DNA of 64,000 nt from an uncultured Spirochaetota bacterium (GTDB taxonomy: Bacteria > Spirochaetota > UBA4802 > UBA5550), in NCBI GenBank assembly GCA_963827275.1, contig CAWHAA010000008.1:96001-160000 (forward strand), in the 5' to 3' direction. Each line of letters begins with the position of its first letter. Positions within the stretch are counted from its first letter, which is position 1. The translations under genes and the position numbers were made by a program. The notes below the pieces were generated by a model. It searched no databases and was not told the origin of the DNA. It saw nothing but the letters and a program-made list of their open reading frames with translations. This document shows positions 10,741 through 22,410 of this stretch, piece by piece.

Positions 10741-10786
10741 AAGATTCCTCCATGAATCTTAGCCCGGCCGGCCTCCGTGCCAGCCT
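10741..10786 (-). promoter_or_regulatory. Two ANGGA-loop hairpins (putative CsrA sites), one sequestering the RBS
   Basis: GGCUGGC-ACGGAG-GCCGGCC and AAGAUUC-AUGGAG-GAAUCUU. Confidence 0.65.
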
Positions 10787-10811
10787 GATCGGTTTTCACC
10801 TCTCATGCATA

Positions 10812-10839
10812 TGGTCGGATCAGATATGAAATAAATTGA
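10812..10839 (-). promoter_or_regulatory. Putative sigma28 promoter of flaB
   Basis: TCAA-N16-TCCGACCA, resembling spirochaete FliA promoters. Confidence 0.5.
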
Positions 10840-10840
10840 A

Positions 10841-10870
10841 GGCGATTACAGTCGATTACAGGCGATTAAA
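10841..10870. repeat. Three tandem 10-bp repeats
   Basis: GGCGATTACA GTCGATTACA GGCGATTAAA. Confidence 0.7.
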
Positions 10871-11112
10871 GTGGTTTAATTGTTAATGCAAGGTTTTATT
10901 GATGCTTTTTGACATATTTAGAATTTTTTTGCCTTTTATGCCCATTCAAATTGTCGGAATTTGAAAATTTACTGTTAGCATTTTTTTTATTTTTTTTTAC
11001 AATTTTCACTGTATTATTCATGATAGGGTCATAAATGCTGATAAATCATGTTTTTTTAATATAATAATTCAGTTTAGATGGCGATCTTTTTATAAGAAAT
11101 AAAAAAGGTTTA

Positions 11113-14100
11113 GTGTTGATGGGTTTTATCAAAAAAAACGGCTATGAAGCCATGCCACAGGGGAAATTGATCGATGGCAATAATTTCCTGTCATTTGCAC
11201 TGGTCGGGGCCCTCTTTGCCGATCTCTATTTTCTGCTCAAACATTACTTTTTTTATGACCCCGTGCTGAATATTATCACCGTCTTTGGCCTTGGCGGCAT
11301 CTGCCTCGGCAACCTGGCGGGAAGGGTGCTCTTTCCGCGTTTCAGGAACGCCAGGCTGATAAATATTCTTTCACAGACGATTTTCGCCATTGTATTTCTC
11401 CTTTATTCCATCAGGAACCTTGTAGTTCGCGAGGCGGGTGATTTTTTTATACAGTCGTTTTTTACTTTTAAATACGGGATACCCGTCCTGCTCTTTGTCG
11501 CTTCATTCGCCTTCGGCATTACAATACATCATTCAATCCGGATATCGTGCGCTGAATATTCTGATAAAAAAAGGGGTACGGAGCGGTTTGCGGGGGCACT
11601 GCTTGCGGGGACGCTGCTCGGGGTGCTGCTGTCCGGCGCCTTCTACTCGTATGATGTGCCGCTGCTGTATCTCGCTCCCCTCGCACTTGCCCTTGTCGGG
11701 ACGGGGTTCTTCATCACCCTCCCCTTTGAACCGGCGCCGCTTCGCATGAGCGCACCGGTTGATGAAGGCCCGCTCAGGGAGCGCCCCTCCCAGCCGGAGC
11801 GGCGGGCCGACGCGGTGCTCTACACCTATCTGAGCTTCGTGTCAGTGCTGCTCTATGCGTACCTTGGCTTCATCGCCATCAGCAGGTATTACGGCGACCT
11901 GGTGTTCGTGGGCTCCCTCTTCATGGCGGTGCTCCTGGCATCGCTGCTCGGCGGCTATGCCGCCGGTGGGCTCATACGGGCCCCGTACCTGCACGTATAC
12001 GGCGCCGCCTCCTTCCCGCTCGCGTTTCTCACGTTCCTGGCGCTCCTCATGAACTTCAGCCACGCCCTTCACTTCATGTCCGGCATTCTTCTGTTCGTCC
12101 CGGCGGGGTTCCTGCTGGGGGCGGTGCTGCGACTGGCCATCGGCGCGCTCTGTCGGCGATGGGACAGTAAAAAAAGGTCAACCGTGGTAGAGATATCGTT
12201 CTTCATTCTGCCGGTGCCGATCGTCATTTCGATGGGGTTCATTGACTTCACCAATAGTATCTATTATGCCATCGCCTGCGTGGTCATGCTCATGAACGTC
12301 GTGATCCCGGCGATATCGATGATCAACCATGACATGAAGGTATTCCGGAAAGCGCTCTACTACTTCTTTTCGCTGTTGTTCCTGCCGCTGCTGGTGTTCA
12401 TGGTCCTGTATTTCAGGGTCCCCCTCGACACCGGCCTCTTTGCGCCGCGCGTAAAAAATTTTGACGAGCTGAAGAACGTCAACTATAACGCGGATTATAT
12501 ACGGAGCAACGTGGTCATATCATTGAGCGGGGAGCCGGTATTTGCCCTGTCCGACAGCGTCGTGCGGAACCTGAAGCGGGCGCTCGTGCCGCTTGCCATG
12601 CACCACCCGGAAAAAAAGAAGATGCTGGTCATAGACGGGTACCAGCGGTTTTTCAGAAACCCTGTCATCGGGTATTACAAGAATTCCACCTGCCTTGACC
12701 TGCTCACCGACCGTGACGTTGACTACAACAGGCTCCCCTTTTCGGGGACACAGAAATACGTACCGGACAATCACTCGCTTCTGCTCTACCTCGAGAGGAA
12801 CAGGAACGCGTATTATACCATCGTCGATGTCCCCAACCTGCTCGACCAGGCCATGGGGCGCTTCAGGTTTTCAGAGGAATATTACCGCATCATGAAGGGA
12901 CGGCTTGAGAAGGGCGGCCTTTTCGTCCAGGTGTTCAGCGTCCCCGGGTGCCGGCCGGAGCTTTTCTCGGATGCCCTGCGCGGCCTGAAAAAATCATTCA
13001 AAGCGCATATCATCTATTATTTTTCAAACATCCTTGTCGTGATCGCGTCTGACCATGAAGGGGCGCTGGCGCTCGGGCAGGATTCATATGAGCGTCTCGC
13101 CGGATTTTTCAAATCCCACGAGGAACCGGCCAGAATATTTCTCAATGAACCGCATCTTCTCTCGCACCTTCTCGGCACGCGGCTCGATGACCTGCTCGCC
13201 GCCGCGCCGCACGGGAGCTTCTTCCCCGCCCTGATGCTCACGGCGGCGGGACGGACCGCCCTGTCCCCGGCGCTCGAAGAATCGTTTACAGTGGAAAACA
13301 GAAGGGCATTTGGGCTTATCGGCCCCGGCGACCGTACCCTGTTTCAGCAGGCGCTTGCCATGTCCTTCCAGCCCGATGACGCGATATTCACCCTGCTTAA
13401 GAAGACGGAACTGGCCGAAGCGCGCGAGCGATATAAGGAAGAGACCGTTCTCCTGTTCGAGCTGAAAAAGCAGGCGGAATACCGCATCCCTCTGCAGAAT
13501 TATGTCCGGTCGATGCTCGCCTACAAGGAAAAATATTACTATGCCGCGGCACTGCGCCTCGAAAAGGAGAAGGAATGGGAAGAGGCGCGCGAGCTCTACC
13601 GGGCGGTGCTCAGGATCAACCCCGATAATTTTGACGCCAACTACCGGATGGGCCTGCTCTGCATAACCCTCCAGGACATCGAGGGCTCCTTCAATTATTT
13701 CCAGGAGGCGATGCGCATCAACAAGGACCACCCCAAGGTGCTCTTCCAGATGGGCATTCTCTATTATTCCAGCGGGAAGACCGGGGAGGCCGTCGAGTAT
13801 TTCAATAAGGCGCTCCTCCAGAATGAAAAGATGCCGCAGCTATACCGCTACATGGGCCTCTGCTATGAAAAGCTTGAAAACCTGTACGAGGCCGAGCGGT
13901 ATTACGCCAAGGCGCTGCTCTCCGACCCCAACGACACGGACACGAAAGCCCGGCTGGATGATGTTCGCATGAAAATTGAGAAGGAGAGCAATAAGTGGAA
14001 AACGCCGGAGATGAAGAACGAGATGGACGTCGAGCAGGACTCCGAGATGCCGCTGCCGGTGAGCAAGGGCGCCTACGATATCCGGCTCAAGGACAATGAC

Positions 14101-14199
14101 GGTTCGCTTCCGGTTATTGACCCTGCCACCGGCAATGAGCTACAGACGGAACAGAGCGGCGGCGGCGCGGTCGGCGGCCCGCAGCCTGAACGTAAATGA
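11113..14199 (+). CDS. Polytopic membrane protein with a degenerate spermidine-synthase-like domain and C-terminal TPRs
   Basis: About 13 hydrophobic segments; YYTIVDVPN...FSEEYYRIMKGRLEKGGLFVQ Rossmann-like segment; 4-5 TPRs. True start may be 11152. Confidence 0.65.
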   Translation: MLMGFIKKNGYEAMPQGKLIDGNNFLSFALVGALFADLYFLLKHYFFYDPVLNIITVFGLGGICLGNLAGRVLFPRFRNARLINILSQTIFAIVFLLYSIRNLVVREAGDFFIQSFFTFKYGIPVLLFVASFAFGITIHHSIRISCAEYSDKKRGTERFAGALLAGTLLGVLLSGAFYSYDVPLLYLAPLALALVGTGFFITLPFEPAPLRMSAPVDEGPLRERPSQPERRADAVLYTYLSFVSVLLYAYLGFIAISRYYGDLVFVGSLFMAVLLASLLGGYAAGGLIRAPYLHVYGAASFPLAFLTFLALLMNFSHALHFMSGILLFVPAGFLLGAVLRLAIGALCRRWDSKKRSTVVEISFFILPVPIVISMGFIDFTNSIYYAIACVVMLMNVVIPAISMINHDMKVFRKALYYFFSLLFLPLLVFMVLYFRVPLDTGLFAPRVKNFDELKNVNYNADYIRSNVVISLSGEPVFALSDSVVRNLKRALVPLAMHHPEKKKMLVIDGYQRFFRNPVIGYYKNSTCLDLLTDRDVDYNRLPFSGTQKYVPDNHSLLLYLERNRNAYYTIVDVPNLLDQAMGRFRFSEEYYRIMKGRLEKGGLFVQVFSVPGCRPELFSDALRGLKKSFKAHIIYYFSNILVVIASDHEGALALGQDSYERLAGFFKSHEEPARIFLNEPHLLSHLLGTRLDDLLAAAPHGSFFPALMLTAAGRTALSPALEESFTVENRRAFGLIGPGDRTLFQQALAMSFQPDDAIFTLLKKTELAEARERYKEETVLLFELKKQAEYRIPLQNYVRSMLAYKEKYYYAAALRLEKEKEWEEARELYRAVLRINPDNFDANYRMGLLCITLQDIEGSFNYFQEAMRINKDHPKVLFQMGILYYSSGKTGEAVEYFNKALLQNEKMPQLYRYMGLCYEKLENLYEAERYYAKALLSDPNDTDTKARLDDVRMKIEKESNKWKTPEMKNEMDVEQDSEMPLPVSKGAYDIRLKDNDGSLPVIDPATGNELQTEQSGGGAVGGPQPERK

Positions 14200-14221
14200 G
14201 GCCAACAGGGGACCGGTGACT

Positions 14222-14788
14222 ATGGAGAAGAGCGCACTGAGAAGTGTATACCGGGCATCGGCGCGGAAAAGCGTCTGCCTCGCGGCGCTGGTCTGTGTTG
14301 CGCTGCTGACCCTTATTACATGGAAAATCGACGCCGCACTGGCGGGGGCCGGCGGCGAGGGGGTCCTCCGCCTGCAGCTTTCCTTTACCGAGGGCACCTT
14401 CGGGGCGATTCTCTCTTCGTGGCGGAGCGGCGGCGTTGATCTGATGATGAACACGCTGTGGCTTTATTGCATTTATTATGCCGCATGCGGCGTGTTGTTT
14501 TCGTCCGCCATGGCCTATTTTTCGCTGCTCGGGCGCGGCGAGGACTGGCCGATAGGAACGGCGGACCTCGTCTGTTTTTCTCTCCCGGCCGCCGGCGCGG
14601 CGGCGGGATGGGTGGCCCTCTTCCTGCTGGCCCGGATATTCAGGGGAGATGCCGCGTCCGGCCGCCTTATATGTGCCGAATCGGTCGCCGCATCCCTCTC
14701 CTGGGCGTTCTTCCTGGTATCGCTGGTCCTGGTGCTGAGGAGCTACTTTCTCTTCAGAAAGCGTCAGAAGCCCGGGGCCGTGCAGTAA
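14222..14788 (+). CDS. Hypothetical membrane protein
   Basis: Four hydrophobic segments; follows the previous gene on the same strand. Confidence 0.6.
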   Translation: MEKSALRSVYRASARKSVCLAALVCVALLTLITWKIDAALAGAGGEGVLRLQLSFTEGTFGAILSSWRSGGVDLMMNTLWLYCIYYAACGVLFSSAMAYFSLLGRGEDWPIGTADLVCFSLPAAGAAAGWVALFLLARIFRGDAASGRLICAESVAASLSWAFFLVSLVLVLRSYFLFRKRQKPGAVQ

Positions 14789-14886
14789 ACCGGCAGATCA
14801 TCCGCCTGTCCTGTTCAGCTGTCATGTCATGCCGCTGGTTTTCGATGGTATGAACGGCCGGCCGTGCTCCATCACGGCCGATTGCG

Positions 14887-15855
14887 TTACCGGTTTTCCC
14901 TGACGAGCATCTCGGCCTGTCGCTTCAGCTGGTCCGGAGGAAGGGGGATATACCCCGTTTCAGGAACGAAGCGCTGGCCCTCCCCGAGTATCCAGAGGAG
15001 AAAGCGGATGACCTCTTTTTCGCGGGGTATGCCGCGCGACACGAGGTGCAGGTTCCGCGCCGGCGGAGAGGGGAACCGGTTCTCAGAAATGGCCTTCATT
15101 AGTGAATCACGGTCCGCGTAAAAATTCTCGGCCGGATCGATCATCCCGTTCCCGTTGCTGTCGATAGGGAGGGGAATGATGCCCCGCACGGGGGCTTTTG
15201 TCGCCGCGTCAAAGGCATAGTTCACGTTGTTGTAGCCGATGCCAAAAATGTCGCTGCGCACCGCGTCGGTAATGCCGGGATCACCGTACACCCCGGTCCC
15301 CTTAAGGTCCTCCTGCGAGCCCCCCGCGTATTTCGCCCAGGTCCCGGCAGCCCCGCATGCATCGGAACGGGTATAGACGCGGATGGGGCAGGGCGTGTCG
15401 CTTTTCACGAAGCGGCCCCAGTCCCGGGCGCTGCCGGTGATCCATATCAGCGCGCATTCGTTCCTGGTGAGGCCGCGCTTCAGCAGCGCCTCTTTCTGGG
15501 GGTGGCGTTCATTTATGACCGGGACCACGGCGTCCCTGGCAATGCTGATCCACCAGGCGCCTCTGCCGATTTCTGTACTGGTAACGTCACGGGAAACCAT
15601 GCCGAGGTCGACGGCGCCGGTGAGCGCGTCGGTCAGCCCCTTTCCCGCGCCGCCCGCCGAGATGTCTATCTCGGTACCGGGGTTCTGCCTGCGGTATTCA
15701 GAGGCCCATTTCAGCGCCATCGGGTAGAGGGCCCATGCCCCGGAGATGGTGATTTTCCCGTCCATTGCGGAAGCGCCGTCATGGCCTTTCTTTCCGGAGC
15801 AGCCGGACATGAGGGCCAGAATGATAATGATGCCGATTGTTTTTTTTGTTCCCAT
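14887..15855 (-). CDS. pstS: Phosphate ABC transporter substrate-binding lipoprotein
   Basis: Lipobox MSGC; ISGAWALYP, SAGGAGKG, GMVSRD, YTRSDACGA, IGYNNV. Confidence 0.85.
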   Translation of the reverse strand: MGTKKTIGIIIILALMSGCSGKKGHDGASAMDGKITISGAWALYPMALKWASEYRRQNPGTEIDISAGGAGKGLTDALTGAVDLGMVSRDVTSTEIGRGAWWISIARDAVVPVINERHPQKEALLKRGLTRNECALIWITGSARDWGRFVKSDTPCPIRVYTRSDACGAAGTWAKYAGGSQEDLKGTGVYGDPGITDAVRSDIFGIGYNNVNYAFDAATKAPVRGIIPLPIDSNGNGMIDPAENFYADRDSLMKAISENRFPSPPARNLHLVSRGIPREKEVIRFLLWILGEGQRFVPETGYIPLPPDQLKRQAEMLVRENR

Positions 15856-16043
15856 GGTATCCCTACAGGTCACTAACATCAATGCCCTGTTGGAAATAAT
15901 CAAGCGATTTCTTAAATTCCTGTCAGGGCAGTGCAGGGGAATAATCAGAAGTGTGCCCCATATTATGTCGTATTTATGTGATAATTATATATTTTTTTGA
16001 AATTAATTAAGAAAATTATAACTAAATTTTATAAAATTATTGA

Positions 16044-16053
16044 TTGTATACAA
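16044..16053. promoter_or_regulatory. Palindromic operator TTGTATACAA (GntR-family-like) over a putative -35
   Basis: Perfect 10-bp palindrome, TATAAT at 16068; the same motif occurs at 25408. Confidence 0.45.
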
Positions 16054-16304
16054 CAAATAAAGTACCTTATAATCAGTTTAAAATTACTAATATAACCCAT
16101 TCGGGCGGGTTTTATTCGTTGACCGATTTTGTATAAAATATTATTATTAAAATTTTATAATAAGATTATCGTATGGTTACAGACGACAGTAATATTAGTT
16201 ACCTCCATAGTTTTATGACTCATATGGGCTCATTAACAGGAAAATTTTTCTTCCCGGATTGCCGGGCATCGGATATAAGATATAATCAGCGAGGGTCCAA
16301 CCGT

Positions 16305-19300
16305 ATGAATACGCCAGCCGCAGTAAAAAAAATCATGACCATTATCAGCGTGTTACTCCTGGGGGCAGGGTCCCTCGGTTGTAACGGGAAGGTTTTCAGC
16401 GCACTGCTTAATGATGATACTATTCCTTTTCTTGCAATGATCGCGCTGAACGGAGGCCCGAGTGTATCGTTAACCTCAACGCCGGTGATAAACATCGCGA
16501 ACGTTGGCGGATATTCGATTACCGGCGCCTGTTCCGAGGAGGGCCAGCCGGTAACGGTGGCGATCAGCGACGGCACGCTGACGGCAAGCGCGACGCCTCT
16601 CTGCACCTCCGGGACATTTACCGCAGATACGTGGTCTTCCCCGCTGAGCGGGCTTGCCGACAGCCCGACGATCCTGATCACCGCAGACCACGCGAGCGCC
16701 GAAGGAAGGGCCGCCCGGCAGGCCACTGCCACCGTGGTCAAGGACACGGCCGCCCCCGGGGTAACGATTTCCTCCACCGCGCCTCAGCCGACGAACCTGG
16801 CGATTCCGGTGACCATTACCTTTACCGAGAATGTAACCGGCTTTGAATCAACTGAAATAATCGTAGGCAACGGGACTGCCGGGAGCTTTACGGGAAGCGG
16901 GACAACCTATACGGCGATTATCACTCCTGCGGTCGATGGCCCGGTTACCGTTGATATCAATGCCGGGGTTGCGCAGGACGCGGCGGGGAACCCCAACACT
17001 GTCGCATCGCAGTTCACAAGGACCTATGATACGAGCAGTCTTCTCGTCTCTATTTCTTCAACCGCGTCTGACCCGACAAATGCGGTGATCCCGATCACGA
17101 TAACCTTCTCACGAAGCGTTACCGGATTTGAATCAACTGAAATAATCGTAGGCAACGGGACAGCCGGGAGCTTTGCGGGAAGCGGGACAACCTATACTGC
17201 AGTCATAACGCCTTCGGCCCAGGGAGAGGTGACGGTCGATATCAACGCGGCTGTAGCGGAGGATAGCCTGGGCTATCAGAACACCGCCGCTACCCAGTTC
17301 AGCATAACGTATGATTCGATACCGCCAACGGTAACCATCGGTTCGCCGAGCGACACGCTGATCAATTCGGCGCAGGAACACCATCTATCACCCTGACCTA
17401 TGACGTGGCGCCCACGGGCCTTGATTCAGGCGACATCCACGTGCCGGGGACCGGTGTACCTGCTCCGATGTCGATTGACGAACGCGACGACCGACACGCC
17501 CGATGTGCGGATATCCGGCTGCACGGGGAATGGATCGTTAACGATAACGGTCGACGCCGGCACGTCGCAGGACGCTGCGGGCAATTCTGACCTTGGCGAC
17601 AGCACGAGCGATTCCGTCACCGTGGACAACACACCGCCGACCATAACCTCGGTAGCGACAGCAAAGATAGACGGCACCTACACCATCGGGGAAGTCATCA
17701 ATATTGCGGTTGTATTCAGCGAGACGGTGACCCTGGCGGGCGCGGGCGGGACCCTTGATGTTGCCCTGAACAGCGGTGCGACCCTGAATGTGCCGACTTT
17801 CTCGGGAACATCCACTGACATAAATTACACGGTAGCGGCGGGCGAGTCCACGCCGGTATCGACAGCGCTGGACAGCTCCGGCATCAGCCTGGGCGGCGGC
17901 GCAACTCTCGTTGACGCGGCGGGGAACGCGATTTCAAGCTTCACCCCAGATTCGAACATCTCAGCGACACGGACCATTTACATCGACGCGGTCCTTCCCG
18001 CGATCACCTCCGCTGAGACGATGGACGCGGACACCGACGGCAAGATCGATCACTACAGGGTGACCTTCAACAGGAACATCAACGACAGCACCTTTGTCGC
18101 GGGCGAGTGGTCCGTGGCCGGCTATGCCATCACGGGCCTTGACACGAGTGCGGCCGCGCCGATATCGGACGCCGCGAACGACACTGTACTGTACATAGCG
18201 TTCTCCGAGCTTGGCGGCACCGTGGGCGATACGGGGGCGAAGCCTGATCTGACCACTCCCGGAACATTAACCCTTGCGGATTTCCGCGGAAACCCGATGG
18301 CGGCGGTGCCTGATACCGATGATGTGATTGAAACCGACAGGGCGGCGCCGGTCATCATGAAAGCAACCGGTCAAACCGGGGTCAACGGCCTGTCGATAGA
18401 GTTTTCCGAGCAGGTTGACGCGAACGGTGCCGCCGGCGCATGCCCGGGCGGGGATGGTAATGACCTGACCGCTGGAAGCTTCGTGTATATCGATGACAGC
18501 GGCGATGGGGCCGGCAGCATAAGCAGCATGGGCAGCGACGCAACCGCGTGCAGCACGTCCGGGAACTACGCCGTAAACGTGATACTGAACGTGAACATGG
18601 AAACCAGCGACCTTGATGTTGACCATCTGGCCCCTGCCCTGAACGCAGTCCGCGACATGGGCGACAACCCGGCTGACAGCGGGAGGCAGGTCGCGGTCAC
18701 CGGTGCGGTATCGCCGTACGTGTACGACGTGTACCCGAATTTAAGGACCAAGATACGGGTGGCCTTCTCAGAGCCGGTTGACAATACCGCGGCGACAAAC
18801 GCGACCAGCGCGCTCAACCATGCGAACTATTCGCTTGCCGAGAACCCGGTGGAGTCCGGGTGCTCAGCCGGCGGCGGCGGCGCGGACACGGTCGCTATCG
18901 ACACCGCGACCCCCATCGTGGACGTCAACGGCGACGGCACGGTGTTCGAGCTCACGACCACGGCAACCCAGTGCGGATCGACGACCTACGAGCTGACCGT
19001 GGACCAGGCGATTATAGACCAGAATGACCACGTGGGGCTGGTCCCCCCGTACATCATGACCTTCCTGGGCAACGAACAGCTCAGGGTGGTGAGCGGTTCG
19101 AACCTCAGCATCAACTCCATGGTCGTCGTGTTCAACAAGGCGGTGGAGGCCGGGACCGGGGACGGCGGCGCCGAGCTTGCGACGCGGTACCATTTCAATA
19201 ACACCACCATCGGCTCAGCTCCGACGAGCGCGGTGCGCGGGTCCGCCCCGAACGCGAACCGGGTCACCCTGGGGACGAGCTTCTTCCAGAAGGCCCGCAC

Positions 19301-21149
19301 CTATGTGGTCATAGGCGCGAACGGCGACGACCTCTACGGATTTACCGAAGGAGGGGTCGGGGCTATCAAGACAACGACGAATGTTTCGGAAGGGGCTGAA
19401 ATTCCCCAGGAGAACCTGCAGGCCTATCCCAGGGACCGGGCGCCCTGGGTGGGTTACGGGACCCCCATCCTCAATCTTGACGACGGCCCGCTTTCAGAGG
19501 ACCCGTTCGCGGACACGTCCACGTTCGGCTACCTGGCGTCCTACGGGGGCAAGGTCTATATCGGCCCGAACAACCTGGGGAACGCCACGAGCCGCATGGA
19601 CCCTGACGCGAGCAACCCGGAAGTCGCCTACTTCCAGTTTGAGAAGGACACCTCGGGAACGACCGGCAGTGACGGCGAAACCAACCAGGCGAGCAACGAC
19701 GCTACCACCAGGGACGGCACTATAGCGGTGCCACCCTATGTTACCATCGGACATACGGGGTGTACCGCGGATACCGCGGACATAAATACCGGATGCGGGC
19801 CTGACAACGAGAACGGCAGGGGCGTGTTCAGCTCAGGCATGATCGGCTCGACCGAGTACATATTCCTCGGCGGCGCGCGCACCGTGCCGGACGGCGACGA
19901 CTACTACTGGTTCGATTACGTGTATTACACTTCCGGGACCGGCGACACGCTCACCTTTAATTACGTGGACATGGGGACCATCACCGGCACGGTGACGTCG
20001 GGACTCTCCTCCAACCTGCTCTTCAACGACCGCCTCCAGGTCGGCATGGCGAAATACAACACGAACGCGCCGGATTTCGGCAAGATCAATTTCTCAACCG
20101 GCAGCGCGCAGGGAGACTGCACGCCGGGCGCAAACTGCGACGCGACGGACAACTCATACGGCGACCGCTACTTCATAAACTGCATCGACTACTTCGGCGG
20201 TGTGGACCAGGCGGGTACGCAGAATACCTACACCAACTGGGCCTATTATGTCGGCGTTGACACGATGTATAATTTCCGGGGCAGGCTGTATGCGGCAAAC
20301 GGCGGCCACAATTCCCAGAACCATGACGGAGGCGTGATCCGCTCTGACGGGGCGAATTACGCGAATCCGACCGCATGCCCGTTTGATTCCGGTGATCATG
20401 AATGCACCGGCTCGCCGAACCGCTGCCCGGACTGGCTGGAGATCGCGCCGCGCACCCAGCAGGAATGGTACAACACGGATACCCCTGCGTCCCCGCGGTT
20501 CTCGCTTGAGCTGACCAAGACGGCTGACCTTATCCCGGGGGACAAGGCTTCGCCTGCCTTTGCCGAGTACGAGGGCAAGCTCTACATGATACGGAACACC
20601 TGCCAGACGGCGGCGACAGGATCGGGCGTTGACGGCGCCCAGCATTACACCGCGGGCTGTACCGTTGCATCATACACCTACGTTTCAACGGAAGTCCAGA
20701 ACCGGCAGCCGCAGCTCTGGGTGTGCACGCCGGGCACTACCGGTGATGCCGACGAGTGCGACGCCGGCGACTGGGCACTGGTGGACGACGCCACGCCTGA
20801 CGGCATCACGAACTTCGGCGACGCCGGCAACCACTCGATCACCATGGTGATGAAGAGCGGCAAGTACCTGTACGTGGGTCTGGACAATGTCAACGGCATA
20901 CAGGTATACCGGGTCAATACGGTTGCCGGGGTCCCGGTCGCCAGCCCGACCGAGGATGATTTCGAGCGGATAGGCACCGGCGTGCCCGGCATTGACGGCG
21001 ATATGTACAAGGAGATCTATTCCTACATCTCGATACCCGGCACGGGCATCTATTCGAACTATTCCTTCCTGTATATAAGCGCGGGAAAGAATTCCACGCC
21101 GGTTGCGATCTTCATCGAGATGGGCGGAAACACCGCTCCCTATGAATAG
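16305..21149 (+). CDS. Large surface lipoprotein with Ig-like repeats and a LigB/LigC-like C-terminal region; frameshifted near 17375-17480
   Basis: Lipobox SLGC; tandem Ig-like domains (ITFTENVTGFESTEIIVGNG x2); C-terminal motifs VTIGHTGC, GCGPDNENGRGVF, NAPDFGKI, LYAANGG, FSLELTK, RQPQLW, TNFGD. Split into ORFs 16173-17396 and 17400-21149 by small indels. Confidence 0.75.
16833..17198 (+). repeat. Near-identical ~80-bp intragenic direct repeat (285-bp period) from an Ig-domain duplication
   Basis: TTTGAATCAACTGAAATAATCGTAGGCAACGGGAC..GGGAAGCGGGACAACCTATAC at ~16842 and ~17127. Confidence 0.85.
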
Positions 21150-21170
21150 GAACGAGCCGTACATCAGAAA

Positions 21171-21206
21171 CAAAAAACCGGTCGCATCAAGCGGCCGGTT
21201 TTTTTG
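21171..21206. terminator. Bidirectional rho-independent terminator
   Basis: CAAAAAACCGGTCGC-ATCAA-GCGGCCGGTTTTTTTG. Confidence 0.85.
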
Positions 21207-21223
21207 TAATTTGCCGGGGATGG

Positions 21224-22156
21224 TTAATCCGGTTTTTTCTTCACCGCTTCTTTCCTGATCTTCATCATGTAGCGGAACATCAGGCGCGTGAAATTGCTTG
21301 TGCTCTCGAGGGAGGACATGTCCTGGAAGAGAAACACCATCCAGCGGTACTGGCACAGGGCCCAGGTGCCTCCCTTTTCCTTCCAGTGGACCGCCTCCAG
21401 GGGCGCGCCGGCAACCGGGATAAACCTGGCGGGTGTCTTCCTTTCTTTTTCAAGCCGTCTTTTCTGGGCCTGGTACATGGCCTTCGCGTCCGTCGGGGAA
21501 CCGAACCTCATCACGTAGATCTTCGCGACATTGTACTGCATCTGGTAGGTCGCGCCGTAGGCGTTTGTCACCACGATGCCGTTCACGACGCGGTCCCTGA
21601 TGAAGAAGAGCGAGTCCGCGTACCGGTTCTCCTCAGGCAGGACCTTCCGGTGGTAGGAGGCATCCGGCGCGCTCCTGGCCTGTTCGAATTCCGCGAGCAT
21701 CTTTTCGCCGTGCAGTTTATAATACGGGGTGTAGGTCGACGGATTGGTAGGTGAATAGATCCAGAACACGTATTCGCCGTTGCAGCCCGCGGTATAGGGC
21801 GGCCGGTAGGAGATCTCGCCTTTTCCATAGATAGAGCGGTCGCGCGGCATGGCGGTCAGGGCGGAATAGATGCCGAAGGCGTCGTCCGTGGACGGGCAGC
21901 GCGCCATGCCGAGGTGGATCTTTATCCCCCGGTAGTTGTACGCGCCGGCGCTGACGGCGTCCGGCCTGAATTCGCCCAGGGCCGCGCTGATCACCGGTTC
22001 CTTGGAGAAAAGCCGACGGGCGTCTTTATCATCATATTTTTTGATGAGCCTGATCTCGCCCTTTTCATCAAGCGATTTCGGGAGCATGGCGTCCATCCGG
22101 CCGGAGCAGGACAGAATAATCGAAAGAGCAATTAATTGAGGCAGGATTTTAATCAT
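21224..22156 (-). CDS. Hypothetical lipoprotein (DUF6599-like)
   Basis: Lipobox ILSC; STDDAFGIYS motif; two similar halves. Confidence 0.55.
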   Translation of the reverse strand: MIKILPQLIALSIILSCSGRMDAMLPKSLDEKGEIRLIKKYDDKDARRLFSKEPVISAALGEFRPDAVSAGAYNYRGIKIHLGMARCPSTDDAFGIYSALTAMPRDRSIYGKGEISYRPPYTAGCNGEYVFWIYSPTNPSTYTPYYKLHGEKMLAEFEQARSAPDASYHRKVLPEENRYADSLFFIRDRVVNGIVVTNAYGATYQMQYNVAKIYVMRFGSPTDAKAMYQAQKRRLEKERKTPARFIPVAGAPLEAVHWKEKGGTWALCQYRWMVFLFQDMSSLESTSNFTRLMFRYMMKIRKEAVKKKPD

Positions 22157-22410
22157 AAACAATACCTTGTTATCTCCCCCCCGTCCCCCGATGGGGGCGC
22201 GAAGGATCATGCTATTTGTAATATTTGTATCTTAATAGACGATTTCGTCCAATTCAATTGTATGTTGCTTTTCATTGATGCCTTTTTTATCTTCACATTC
22301 AATCAGCCACCTCATCCGTGCCCCCTTCGGGGCGAGGCACTGAGCCTGCCGAAGTGGACAGGAGGGAATTCAGCCCATTCATCAGTGCCCCCTGCAGAGA
22401 CAGATGGGGA

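Noticed and set aside
17375..17480. Phase variation of the Lig-like gene
   Set aside because: Several clustered indels with no simple-sequence tract; more consistent with a low-quality consensus.
22309..22410. SAM-I riboswitch-like words (CTCATC, GGAGGGA..GCCC, CCTGCAG..AGATG)
   Set aside because: Lacks the GCAACC core and lies on the strand opposite both flanking genes. Contains a CTGAGCCTGCCGAAG REP-like motif, so probably a repeat remnant.
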